Of a DNA stretch of 64,000 nt, positions 1 to 9,742 are shown in pieces. The stretch comes from Candidatus Marinacidobacterales bacterium (GTDB lineage Bacteria > Acidobacteriota > Vicinamibacteria > Marinacidobacterales > SMYC01): positions 3,743,496 to 3,807,495 of the forward strand of contig CBDEGF010000004.1 of assembly GCA_965237685.1 (NCBI GenBank). The letters run 5' to 3'. Made by a program: the position numbers and the translations under genes. How positions within the stretch are numbered: the first letter of the stretch is position 1; every line of letters begins with the position of its first letter. Under the pieces are notes generated by a model. The model made no database searches. It had not been told where the DNA came from and worked only from the letters and a program-made list of their open reading frames with translations.

Positions 1-68
1 TGCCGATCAGCTGAAAGATGTCGGGAAGAGCGAAATCTTTCAGCGTTCCAGAAAGAGCCACGGTCGTC

Positions 69-605
69 CTATCCCTGAAGCGTTGGCCGTGACGTGAGAT
101 TGGCCAGAACGAGCACAACGAGCATGGCGGCCACCGTGAGCAGCGGGAACTGGGAGCCCACGCCAAGGATCGAGTCCGGCAACGGATACGGGAGAGAGGC
201 CGCAAGCCACTGGCTCACCCCCCAGATCCAGACCAGCAGGAAGAGCGAGCCGATGACCGGCATCCCCTCGGCCACCTGTCCGGCGCCGGGAGCCACGATG
301 GAGAGCCCACGGAAAACGAGGCTTCGCTTCGCCGCGCGGCGCTTGACCTCCTCTTGTTTCTCGTTACGCGCTTGTGCCGATACACCGCGCTTCATGTAGA
401 ACAGGTGATAGCACTGGGTGCACAGGCCTTTTCGTCCGGTGCCAATCTGACAGCGCCCACAAAAGGCGTTGCCGCATTTCAGACATCGCTGGGTTAGTTT
501 CCGGCCCGGGATCAGGACCTCGAGAGCTACGATGAGCCCGGCGAGAAGCAATCCGACCGCAAGGAAGCGCACTCCTTTACCGGCAACGAAGCCGAGTGGA
601 TTCAT
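69..605 (-). CDS. hypothetical membrane protein with N-terminal double CxxC zinc-ribbon (CLKC..CGRC..CTQC) and two predicted TM helices
   Basis: ORF 69..809. A plausible start (MNPLGF) at 605 gives 179 aa with TM segments and four Cys pairs. The upstream part of the ORF looks like non-coding read-through. Confidence 0.45.
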   Translation of the reverse strand: MNPLGFVAGKGVRFLAVGLLLAGLIVALEVLIPGRKLTQRCLKCGNAFCGRCQIGTGRKGLCTQCYHLFYMKRGVSAQARNEKQEEVKRRAAKRSLVFRGLSIVAPGAGQVAEGMPVIGSLFLLVWIWGVSQWLAASLPYPLPDSILGVGSQFPLLTVAAMLVVLVLANLTSRPTLQG

Positions 606-854
606 CGCCGCCGGACGCTCGTGCAACCCTTGTCGGCCTCGCGGCGAGCCCGCTCTCGCTCGGCGAACTGGAAATTCTCGGCGAAGGCCAGGCTCTTGTT
701 GTAGTGGGCCATCGCCAGGTTGGGGTTCGTGCCCAGGGCCTGGTTTCCTGCAGTCCGGCGAACTTGGCCCGAATGGCGTCGCTCTCGATACGATTGTCGG
801 CGACGACACGGAAGTCCCCGGTTCGCCTCTCGTGAGCGTTCACGCGATCGAGGC

Positions 855-1918
855 TCAGCCGGCGTCGAGGTCGTCCGGCCTCTCGAGAAGGATGTCGCGA
901 TACACGCTGGCGGAGCTCTCGTAGTCACCCAGGTTCTTGTACTGCGTGGCGAGAAGGAATTTCAGATCGCGATCGGCGGGAAAGTCCGCCATCCCCGCCC
1001 GAAGCATCGAGAGGTCGGAGGGATCGAAGGTGCCGTTCACGGACGAGGCCGAGGACTGGTAGAGGGGATTCACGATCGTGCGCGACCATCGCGAGTGGAG
1101 CTCGACGAACGCCGTCATCGAGATGACGGCGAGGAGACTCACCACGGAAACGACACGTTCTCCCAGTGACTGATAGCCGAAGGTCGCGGCGAGCCAGTAA
1201 GCGGCCAGCCATCCGAGGCCGGCCGTCACCATGAGGGGCAACAGCAGGACCGCCAGCGTGGCCGCCAGCACTCCCGTCGCGCTGACCCGAGCCCCCAATC
1301 GCTCGTAAAAGTCGTGCTGAACGAGAGAGCCGTATCGATAGAGCATCACGCCCGCCACTACGAACATGGTTCCGAACAACGTGATGAAGACACCCAGTAC
1401 AAGGTTCGCCAGCGCGAAGTCTCCATTCACGAGTGAGCGAAACGAGGCTAGGAAGCCCTCGAAGCGATAGCTGAGAGCAGAGAGAAACCCGAGCCCCCCT
1501 CCCTCGCTAGCGACCCGTGCCATCCCCCAGTTGGCAACGGGCAGCGTCGGGTCGAGCTCCAGCGCAAGACCAAAACTCGTCTCCGCCTCGGACAGGTGAC
1601 CGCCCGCGAGGTGGCGGGCGCCTTCCGTGGCGAAGAACAACGCGGCGTCGTGAAGCTGGAACGCGCCCCGCTCCACCCGCAAGCGCCGTATCTCGGCAAG
1701 GAGGCAATCGGCCGCGTCGATTCCGCCGCCGCTCTCGCATCGCGGTAGCGTGCGATGTGATAGTCGAAGGAGCTGAACAGCGAGACGGGCCCTGGGCTCT
1801 GGCCGTCGCCGTCGCCGGACTGGGCGGCGGCCGGAAGGACGACGACCAGCGAGAGCACAGCGACCAGGGCGATGCGCCGCCCACGCCCAGGATTCAGGCC
1901 AGTAACGATTGATGGCAC
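855..1918 (-). CDS. signal peptide + TPR-like + polytopic membrane protein; apparent frameshift near 1690-1720
   Basis: ORF 1448..1918 starts with a signal peptide (MPSIVTGLNPGRGRRIALVAVLSLVVVLPAAAQS). ORF 855..1682 continues with a TPR-like segment (LGLALELDPTLP) and at least four TM helices, in a different frame. Confidence 0.4.
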
Positions 1919-1928
1919 GACAGGACTT

Positions 1929-2408
1929 CTAGTATTTGATGAGATTCGCCTTCTTCATGAATCGCATGCGAAGGTCGTAGAGCACGTCGTCGAGGACTTT
2001 GGCCTCGTCTTCGGACAGGTTTCCCGCCGTCTTTGCGCCGAGAACTTCGAGAAAGCAGATCATAATCTGGGCACTCGCCAGGTCCTCCTTCGACTCGTCG
2101 CCGGAAGGGCTCGGCAGATCCCCCAAAGCCAGCAACGCCTGCGTCGCCAGCATGCTGACGAGATCAGGAAACCCGACCTCCCTGGTCTCGTTCGGCGCGG
2201 AAGCTACCGCCACCCTCGGTTCTCCCGCAGCGGGCTCGGGGATCGGCGGCGCCTGCGGCGCAGGCACCGGCTCCGTGGAGACGACGACCTCGGTATCTTC
2301 GTCGCGGAGCTCCCCGTCTGCGGTAAACGCTCTCCTGTCCGTGACTTTGAAGCCTCGTTCGTCTCGTTCGTCTTGTTCGTCTCGTTTGTCGTCGCCGTGT
2401 TTCGTCAT
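1929..2408 (-). CDS. DUF1844-like small acidic protein
   Basis: 159 aa. N-terminal KVTDRR, central LVSMLATQALLALG motif and an acidic tail match the DUF1844 pattern. ATG at rc(2406..2408). Confidence 0.5.
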   Translation of the reverse strand: MTKHGDDKRDEQDERDERGFKVTDRRAFTADGELRDEDTEVVVSTEPVPAPQAPPIPEPAAGEPRVAVASAPNETREVGFPDLVSMLATQALLALGDLPSPSGDESKEDLASAQIMICFLEVLGAKTAGNLSEDEAKVLDDVLYDLRMRFMKKANLIKY

Positions 2409-2748
2409 CGCTCACTCGGCTCGTTACCGGAGAGACTTCCGAGAGGCAACCTCAATGGGCGCCCGCTCGCGTCCTCCTGTCAGGCAGTTTCGGGTTACTT
2501 CCGTCGCTGTGAAGAAACCGGGGTTAGTTACTTACGATAGCATAGGCGTGGGCTGCTATCAATTCCCTCCGCCGTGCGTATCTCTTGTTGTCACACTGTT
2601 TACACCGACCGGACCGGCACCCTCGGCGGTATTTTGGGCCCGGCGCCAGAATCACCTCGGTGCGAGCCCGCGCTCGAGCGGTGTGCCCGGAGCGCCTCGA
2701 TCTATAATCCGACTGCGCTTGACGCCGGAAGGGAGCGGAGAACAACCG

Positions 2749-3525
2749 ATGGCACCCGGTCGGGATTTCGAGCGATTGGTCGATCTCATGGCAACACTGC
2801 GCGGTCCTGGTGGCTGCCCGTGGGATCGGGAGCAGACTATGGATACCCTCCGGCCGTACGTACTGGAGGAGGCTTACGAGCTGGTGGATGCGATCGACTC
2901 CGGCGAGGACGGGGCGATTCGCGAGGAGCTCGGAGACATGCTTCTGGAGGTGGTCTTCCTGGCGCAGATTGAGCGGGAACGGGATGCCTTCACGATGTCC
3001 GAGGTCGTGCAGGACATCAGCGACAAGCTCGTTCGCCGGCACCCACACGTGTTCGAGTCGCACCAAGCGGCAAACGCCGGCGAAGCGCTCGCCCATTGGG
3101 ACAAGATCAAGAAGAACGAGAAACCCGAAAGCGACTCCGTTCTGCAGGGTGTGCCGGCGGCACTTCCCGCTCTGGCACGTGCCCACAAACTGTCCTCCCG
3201 AGCGGCGAACGTCGGCTTCGACTGGAGCGCCGTTTCGGAGGTACAAGTCAAATTGAATGAAGAAATGCAGGAGCTCCTGGACGCGGTCGACTCCGGGCGA
3301 CAGGATTCGATCCACGAAGAAATGGGCGATGTCTTGTTCGCGCTCGCGAATTTGGCGCGACATCTGAAAATCGACGCGGAGCTCGCGCTCCACGACACGA
3401 ACCGGAAGTTCGTCGAGCGCTTCCGTTACATTGAAGAGCGGCTCACGGCTTCCGGGCGCAGCCTGGAAGAGGCGACGCTGGACGAGATGGAAGCGCTCTG
3501 GCAGGAAGCGAAAGAGAAAAGATAG
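2749..3525 (+). CDS. mazG: nucleoside triphosphate pyrophosphohydrolase MazG
   Basis: C-terminal 259 aa of ORF 1999..3525, starting MAPGRDFERLVDLMATLRGPGGCPWDREQT. Tandem MazG EExxE motifs: EEAYELVDAI, EELGDMLLEVVFLA, EEMQELLDAV, EEMGDVLFALANLA. The N-terminal extension of the ORF is GC-driven read-through. Confidence 0.85.
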   Translation: MAPGRDFERLVDLMATLRGPGGCPWDREQTMDTLRPYVLEEAYELVDAIDSGEDGAIREELGDMLLEVVFLAQIERERDAFTMSEVVQDISDKLVRRHPHVFESHQAANAGEALAHWDKIKKNEKPESDSVLQGVPAALPALARAHKLSSRAANVGFDWSAVSEVQVKLNEEMQELLDAVDSGRQDSIHEEMGDVLFALANLARHLKIDAELALHDTNRKFVERFRYIEERLTASGRSLEEATLDEMEALWQEAKEKR

Positions 3526-3565
3526 CGCAAAGCGCGCCGAGAAATCAGGTAACCGTAGCCAATCA

Positions 3566-3768
3566 AATCCGCAGAAGGGCTGACTCCGGAAATCTAACGC
3601 AGAGGCGCGGAGGCGCAGAGGCGGACCGCGCTCGGAAGTGTCCGGAAAAGTGGCGAAGACATCGCACGGAACCCCGGAAGAGTGGAACCCAGGAGCCAAG
3701 GAAAAGGATCACCGCATCCCATCGAATCCGCGAAGGGCTGACTCCGGAAATTTGACGCAAAGGCACAA
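3566..3768. repeat. two ~43-bp direct repeats (AATCCGCNGAAGGGCTGACTCCGGAAATYTNACGCA) in the mazG/comEC convergent intergenic region
   Basis: Copies at about 3573-3615 and 3725-3768, seen by eye. No coding potential. Confidence 0.5.
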
Positions 3769-3886
3769 AGATCGCGGAGTCCATGGAAGGATGCGCAAGT
3801 TCCCTGGTATGTTCGCAAGCGGAGGATCCGAGGATTTCTTTCCCTTGTTTTCTCTGCGACTCTGCGCCTCAGCGTTGAGAATTCCC

Positions 3887-6240
3887 CTAGCGGGCCGTGC
3901 GGGCGGTGCTCACATCCATCCTCCCCTCACGGTCGATGCGCACGGTGATCGCCCCGTCCCGATCGGTTCGCAGGATTTCGACGGCGCGCGTCCGCAATCG
4001 ATGGAGAACGCGGGGCGACGGCACCCGCCGCCAGCCGCCGGCTCGCGTCGAGACGAGTGCCACCCGTGGCCGAACGGCTTCCAGAAACTGGGGGAGCGTC
4101 GATGTCCGGCTCCCGTGATGTGCGACTTTGAGGACATCGGCGCGCAGGCTTTCGGAATCGGCCAGCATCGCGCGCTCGAGGGACGCTTCGGCATCCGCGG
4201 CAAGCAGCACCGTGACCCCACCGAAGCGCAGACGCAGGACGAGAGAGCGGTCGTTCGACGAAGCACCATCTCGCGCGCCAGCCGCAAGCACTCGAAGCTC
4301 CACTCCCGCCAGGCGAATCACTTCACCTTCCCGGAGACGCCGTATCGGAATCCTGCGCTCGCGCGCCAGGGCCCGAATCCTCCGGTAGGCGGGGCGGTCC
4401 CACGCGGGGCGGCCTTCCCACATCTCTCCGACCGACAGGCTTTCGAAGACGCGCGCGAGCCCTCCGACGTGGTCGTAGTCGCCATGGGTGAGGACCACCG
4501 CGTCCAGCCGCCTGATGCCGTGCTTCAAAAGGAAAGGAACGACCACCCGACGGCCGGCGTCCACGGTCGGTCCACCACCACTCCCTCCATCGACGAGCAG
4601 ACAGCCTTGTCCGAGGTAGCCTGAGCACGATCGCATCGCCGTGACCAACGTCCAGAACCGTCATCTCGAGGAGATCGGAGCGCTTTCCACCGGCAGAGAG
4701 CAGTACCGCGAAGAGCGCGAGGAGACCCGCGGTCGCACCGACGCGCTTGACCCCCGCGGTCACGCGCGCGGCGAGGAGAGTCACGAAGTAGAAGGCACAC
4801 CACCAGAGCCCGGGAGGCGACAGCCGAAGCGAGCCACCCGGAACGCGCACCGCGAGCTCGGAGAGCCAACCGAGCGCGAGAACCTCGGCATGGACCAGCC
4901 AGGCGACGAGCTCTCCCGCGACCGGAATCGTGGCGACGAGGACCAGCAGGAACCCGGTGACGATGGATCGCAGCAGCAAGCGGCATCGCAACGAGACCGG
5001 CCACGAGACCGATGGGGGTCAACCGCTGGAAGTGCCAGAGGAGCAGCGGCACGACTCCGAGCTGGGCCGACGCCGAGACAGCCAGCGGGGCAGCGAGAAA
5101 CGCGAAGGGCCCGAGCCACTCACCGAGGCGGTCTCGCATGGGCCGGAAGAACACGACAATGGATGCTGTTGCAGCGAACGTCAACTGGGCTCCAGCCTCG
5201 TAGAGCGTCGCGGGATTGTGAGCGAGAAGACAGAGGGCCGAGAGGCCGAGCGCGTTGGCGGTCGAGGCATCGATACTCAGGAGGCGGGTGATCACGAGAA
5301 CTGTTCCCATCAGAACCGCCCGCCAGACCGAGGGTCGACCACCGCAGAAGCCGGCATAGAGAGGGAGAACGACGAGCAGCACCGCGAGGGCGTACCGCTC
5401 GTCGCAACCGAGACGCCGCAAGAGGCCGTGGAACAGAAAGGCCAGAATGGCCACGTGCGCACCGCTGATGGCCATGACGTGAAACACGCCAGCGTCCTGA
5501 AAGAGCGCCTCGGTCCTCACGGGAAGTCCGGAGCGATCACCGGTGACGAGCGCCTTCACGACTCCCAGCGTCTCTTCCCGGCCGTCCACGCCGAGCTCCC
5601 GGCCGAGCCGGGATGCGACCCAGATGCGAGCGGGCGAGGTCCAGGCGCTCCAGGTCGCGGTTCTGGTGCGCTCGACGAGCAAGGCGCTCTTGATCGAGCC
5701 GGCCAGCCTGCGGTCGGACCAGGCCGAGCGGCGGTCGCCAGGATTCCGGAAGGACGATACAGGTACGACCCGCGCCCACAGCTCCAGGTGATCCCCGGTG
5801 GCCAGTCCGCGCAGACGCTCCAGGAACTCGCCCACGACACTCAATCGAAGTCGACCCGCGACGTCGATGCGCCTGTCGGGCAAGGCGATGGAATCGACAC
5901 GGAGATCCATCAGAACGCGATCGCGATAGAAGCGAGGCTCGTAGGCGAGGCGGCCCCGCACGAGACGGGGAGACACGAAGCGTCGGGGGCCGAGCTGGTC
6001 GTAGAGCCGCAGTAGCGGGTCCTTGTTGCGGCGATGCTCGATCTCACCGCCGGCGAACCCGAGAGCGCCAAAGGCAAGCAGGAGTGCCACCGAAGCGGAA
6101 CGCAGATGTCGGCGAGCGCAAAACAAAGCCAGCATCAGAGCGAGAGCCGCGACGGCGAGGCCCGCCGCGACGTCACCTCCGCCCGACAGGGAAACCCCGC
6201 ACACGAACGCCAGAGCGAGCACGGCCATCGGCGCCCTCAT
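3887..6240 (-). pseudogene. comEC: DNA internalisation competence protein ComEC/Rec2, split over three frames (frameshifts near 4995 and 4615)
   Basis: ORF 4525..6285 is the N-terminal polytopic Competence domain (GLVTGDRSGLP...VFHVMAISGAHVAILAF). ORF 4323..4991 is the middle, ending at the MBL motif LEMTVLDVGHGDAIVLRLP. ORF 3887..4648 is the metallo-beta-lactamase C-terminus (GQGCLLVDGG...HGDYDHVGGL...KVAHHGS). The 4615 shift lies between DAIVLRL and GQGCLLVDGG. Confidence 0.7.
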
Positions 6241-6349
6241 GGGCACTCCCATCCGGTGGAACGTGAGTTTCCGGCAAGCGTGCATGAAAAGGGAAGGTGT
6301 TGCGAGCTAGATTTGTCCTCCGAACCCGGAAAGGCAAAGGAGGTCAGAG

Positions 6350-6760
6350 ATGAAAGGAAAGAAGCAGGGAAACGCGCTTCCTATGCGTCTGAATCGAGGA
6401 GTTGAGCGTTTCGAGAGATGGCGAGCGACTCGGCAGAAGCGGAGAATCCCGGAAGCAATGTGGAAGGTTGCGGAGGGACTGGCGAGAGAGTTTGGAGTCC
6501 ATCGGACGTCGCGTGCCTTGAGGTTGAACTACGAAGAGCTGAAGAGGCGCTGGTCGGCATCGGCGGAAGGAGAAGGAAAACCGAGCGCCGAGGCGGAAGC
6601 TAGTTCGTTTGTTCCGCTGATGGGGCCTGGGCTGGTGGGCGGAGAAGGAGCGGCGGAGTACAAGGGTGTGGACGGCAAGTGGATGCGTGTGGAGTGGAAG
6701 GGAGCGAGTCCGGATCTGGCGGCGTTGAGCGAGAGCTTTTTCTTCGGGGGTGGGTCGTGA
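6350..6760 (+). CDS. tnpA: IS66 TnpA (orfA)
   Basis: 136 aa, HTH-like, with RBS aaggagg upstream. Typical IS66 orfA size, position, and overlap with tnpB. Confidence 0.75.
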   Translation: MKGKKQGNALPMRLNRGVERFERWRATRQKRRIPEAMWKVAEGLAREFGVHRTSRALRLNYEELKRRWSASAEGEGKPSAEAEASSFVPLMGPGLVGGEGAAEYKGVDGKWMRVEWKGASPDLAALSESFFFGGGS

Positions 6761-7113
6761 TCCAGGTAACGCCGCAGATGCGGATCTTGTTGGCGGTGGG
6801 TGCTGCGGACTTCCGCCGGGGGATCGACGGGTTGGCGCGGATGTGTCGGGAGGAGCTATCACGGGATCCGTTTAGCGGGACGGTGTTCGTGTTCTGCAAT
6901 CGACGACGGACATCGGTGAAACTGCTCGTCTACGACGGCCAAGGATTTTGGTTATGCCAAAAGCGTCTGTCGAAGGGACGTTTCCGTCACTGGCCTGAGG
7001 GAGGAAAGCATCAGAGCCTGGAAGCGCATGAGCTCGGGGTACTGTTGTCGGGGGGTGATCCCGCGGCAGCGAAAGGAGCGCCTCAGTGGCGGCGGGTGGC
7101 GGTGCCGGCGTGA
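6757..7113 (+). CDS. tnpB: IS66 TnpB (Orf2-like)
   Basis: GTG overlapping the tnpA stop (GTGA). MRILLAVGAADFRRGIDGLARMCRE...VFVFCNRRRTSVKLLVYDGQGFWLCQKRLSKGRFRHWP is the IS66 Orf2 signature. Confidence 0.8.
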   Translation: MIQVTPQMRILLAVGAADFRRGIDGLARMCREELSRDPFSGTVFVFCNRRRTSVKLLVYDGQGFWLCQKRLSKGRFRHWPEGGKHQSLEAHELGVLLSGGDPAAAKGAPQWRRVAVPA

Positions 7114-7184
7114 GGGTGAGGGAGAAACGAATCGGGGGTTAAAAGGGTTGCGTTCTAGGGAACGATCCGCTAAGCTGCCGTCTG

Positions 7185-8054
7185 ATGAGTGGGGTTCGGT
7201 ATCGCGGCCGGGAAGTGAGCGAAGCGGATATCGAGTTCATCCGCGAGCTCATCGCCGCCCATCCCAAGGAAAGCCGTCGTGCGCTGTCGTTGAAGCTGTG
7301 CGCGGCGTGGCAATGGGTGCAAGCGAACGGCGCACCGTGCGACGCGATCGCTCGAGGGCTTCTGCTCAGCCTTCACCGCTCGTCTCGAATCGAGCTTCCG
7401 GAGCCGCGGTACCGGTTCTCGAGGCCGTATCACCGCAACAAACCGAGTGTGGTGGAGCTCGACTCGACACCGCTCCGGGCACGTCTGTGCGCGCTTCAGC
7501 CTCTGGAGTTTCGTCAGGTGCGGCGCACGGAACAGGAGGCTGTGTTCAACGGGCTCATCGAGACCCACCACTACCTGGGCTACACGCAGCCGGTGGGGAC
7601 GCACCTGAAGTACCTGGTTTTGAGCCAAGGGCGTCCGGTGGCCTGCGTGTCGTTCTCGTCAGCACCACGCCACTTGGAGGCTCGGGACCGTTTCATCGGG
7701 TGGTCTGCTGAGGCCCGGCGGCGCAACATCCGCTTCATCGCCTATAACCCGCGGTTTTTGATCCTTCCGTGGATCTTCGTTCCACATTTGGCGTCGCACA
7801 TTCTGGGCCGCATGGTGCGAAAGCTTCCGATGGAGTGGGAACAGAGCTACGGCAATCCGGTGTTTTTTGTAGAGACCTTCGTGGACGTGTCTCGGTATCG
7901 AGGGACGTGCTACCGGGCGGCGAACTGGGTTGTTTTGGGCATGACGAAGGGTCTGGGCAAGGACAGCCGGTCGAAGCGTCCGAACCGCTCGCTGAAGCAA
8001 GTGCTGGGCTATCCGCTGACGAAGCGCTTTCGAGAAAAGCTCTCGAGCTATTAG
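7185..8054 (+). CDS. DUF4338-like passenger protein inside the IS66 element
   Basis: 289 aa. The C-terminal motif ETFVDVSRYRGTCYRAANWVVLGMTKGLGKD recalls the DUF4338 family. Sits between tnpB and tnpC, where canonical IS66 has no gene. Confidence 0.5.
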   Translation: MSGVRYRGREVSEADIEFIRELIAAHPKESRRALSLKLCAAWQWVQANGAPCDAIARGLLLSLHRSSRIELPEPRYRFSRPYHRNKPSVVELDSTPLRARLCALQPLEFRQVRRTEQEAVFNGLIETHHYLGYTQPVGTHLKYLVLSQGRPVACVSFSSAPRHLEARDRFIGWSAEARRRNIRFIAYNPRFLILPWIFVPHLASHILGRMVRKLPMEWEQSYGNPVFFVETFVDVSRYRGTCYRAANWVVLGMTKGLGKDSRSKRPNRSLKQVLGYPLTKRFREKLSSY

Positions 8055-8055
8055 A

Positions 8056-9720
8056 ATGCGGACTCCACCAACGATCGAGCTAACGATGGAAGATCTGGAA
8101 ACCCTGCTCAAGCGTGCGAAGGCTTCCTTAGCGGAAGAGGACTACGAGAAGCTGGAGCTTTTGCGCAACGCCTATTTGACGCTGACGGATTTCATCGAAG
8201 ACGACCGGATGACGATTCGGAAACTGCGAGAGATGTTGTTCGGTCGAAGCACGGAAAAGACGAGCAAGGTTGTTGCCGAAGTGGAGGGCGAAACTCCACA
8301 GCTTCGCGGCGGGGAGAGTGGCGGGCCGAGCGAGGGTGACGAGCCAGACAAGAGCACCAAGCGGCGCAAGGCCAAGGGTCATGGTCGCAACGGCGCGGAC
8401 GCCTACCAGGGCGCGGATCGGATCCGTATCGCTCGCGATGAGCTGAAGCACGGGCAGCGGTGCCCGGAGTGCGAGACGGGCAAGGTCTATGCGAAGAAGC
8501 CGAAGGTGCTCGTGCGCATCACCGGCGAGCCTCCTCTGAGAGCGACGCTGTATGAGCTCGAGCGATTCCGATGCAACCTCTGCGGCGAGACCTTCACAGC
8601 GAGCGCCCCTGATGGCGTGGGTGAGGAGAAGTACGATGCCACCTCCGCGGCCATGATTGGACTGCTGAGGTACGGGAGCGGGCTTCCCTTCAATCGCCTG
8701 GAAGGCCTGCAGGGGTCCATGGGCATTCCCCTGCCGGCCTCGACCCAGTGGGATATCTCCACGACGCTGCCATTGAGCTCGAGCCCGTCTTCGAGGAGCT
8801 GATCCGGCAAGCGGCCGCTGGCGATGTGTTCTACAACGATGACACGGGTGTGAAGGTTCTTTCCCTCATGAACGTGCCGCCCGAGCCAGAGGATGGCGTC
8901 GCCGCCGAGCGCACCGGGCTCTTTACCTCAGGGATCGTTTCCACGAAGCAGGGGCGGAGGATCGCGCTTTTCTTCACCGGGCGCAAGCACGCAGGCGAGA
9001 ACCTCAGCCACGTTACTCGCTCAACGGGCTTCGGAGCTCCCTCCGCCGATCCAGATGTGCGATGCGCTTTCACGCAATCTTCCCAAGGAGTTCGAAACCA
9101 TCCTCTCAAACTGCCTTACGCATGGCCGCAGGTACTTCGTGAAGGTTGTGGAGAACTTCCCGCAAGAGTGCCTCTACGTGATTGAGGTGCTTGCCGAAGT
9201 GTACCGAATCGATGCTCTCGCTCGCGAGCGAGGGCTCTCGCCCGAGAAACGATTGCGCTTGCATCAGGCCGAGAGCGAACCGATTCTCAAAGAGCTCAAG
9301 GCTTGGTTCAAGGCGCAGCTTGCCGACAAGAAGGTGGAACCGAACTCAGGTCTTGGCGAGGCCATCCGTTACATGCTCAAACACTGGGACAAGCTCACCC
9401 GATTCCTGAGGGTGCCAGGCGCACCCCTCGACAATAATCTGCGCGAACGCGCATTGAAGAAAGCCATTCTGCATCGGAAGAACTCCCTGTTCTACAAGAC
9501 GAAAAACGGCGCCCGGGTCGGAGACATCTTCCTCAGCTTCATCCACACCGCCGAGCTCAACGGCGTCGATCCCTTCCACTACCTCACCGAGCTCATTCGA
9601 CATCGCGGCGAAATCCACGCGAACCCCGCGGACTGGCTGCCCTGGAACTACCGAGACACACTCGCTCGCGGCTCCAAAAACGAGCAGACGCACGCACGTC
9701 CCAAAGAAATCAGACCCTAA
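8056..9720 (+). pseudogene. tnpC: IS66 TnpC transposase, split over three frames
   Basis: ORF 8056..8802 has the N-terminal zinc finger (CPECETGKVY...FRCNLCGETF). ORF 8748..9185 has the DDE core (FYNDDTGVKVL). ORF 8893..9720 is the C-terminus (NNLRERALKKAILHRKNSLFYKT...). Two frameshifts, near 8760 and 9010. Confidence 0.75.
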
Positions 9721-9742
9721 CGCACGCTTGCCGGAAACTCAC

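Larger units (their letters stand above)
6263..9742 (+). mobile_element. IS66-family element (3.48 kb) with 21-bp perfect terminal inverted repeats GTGAGTTTCCGGCAAGCGTGC and a passenger ORF between tnpB and tnpC
   Basis: Left end 6263-6285 (gtgagtttccggcaagcgtgcat). Right end 9720-9742 (acgcacgcttgccggaaactcac) is its exact reverse complement. Encodes tnpA, tnpB, a DUF4338-like ORF and tnpC. No matching 8-bp flanks (ggtggaac vs ggtcctcg). Confidence 0.75.

Noticed and set aside
1999-2748. N-terminal 250-aa extension of the mazG ORF
   Set aside because: It overlaps the DUF1844 gene on the opposite strand and is low-complexity (S/R/A-rich). The MazG domain starts at the Met at 2749.
2524-3699. 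391-aa minus-strand ORF overlapping mazG
   Set aside because: It is antisense to a well-supported mazG, its composition is Arg/Ala/Ser-rich as expected of GC-rich antisense frames, and it has no motifs.
4930-6015. 361-aa plus-strand ORF across comEC
   Set aside because: It is antisense to the comEC membrane domain. Its translation is extremely Gly/Arg/Glu-rich and has no motifs.
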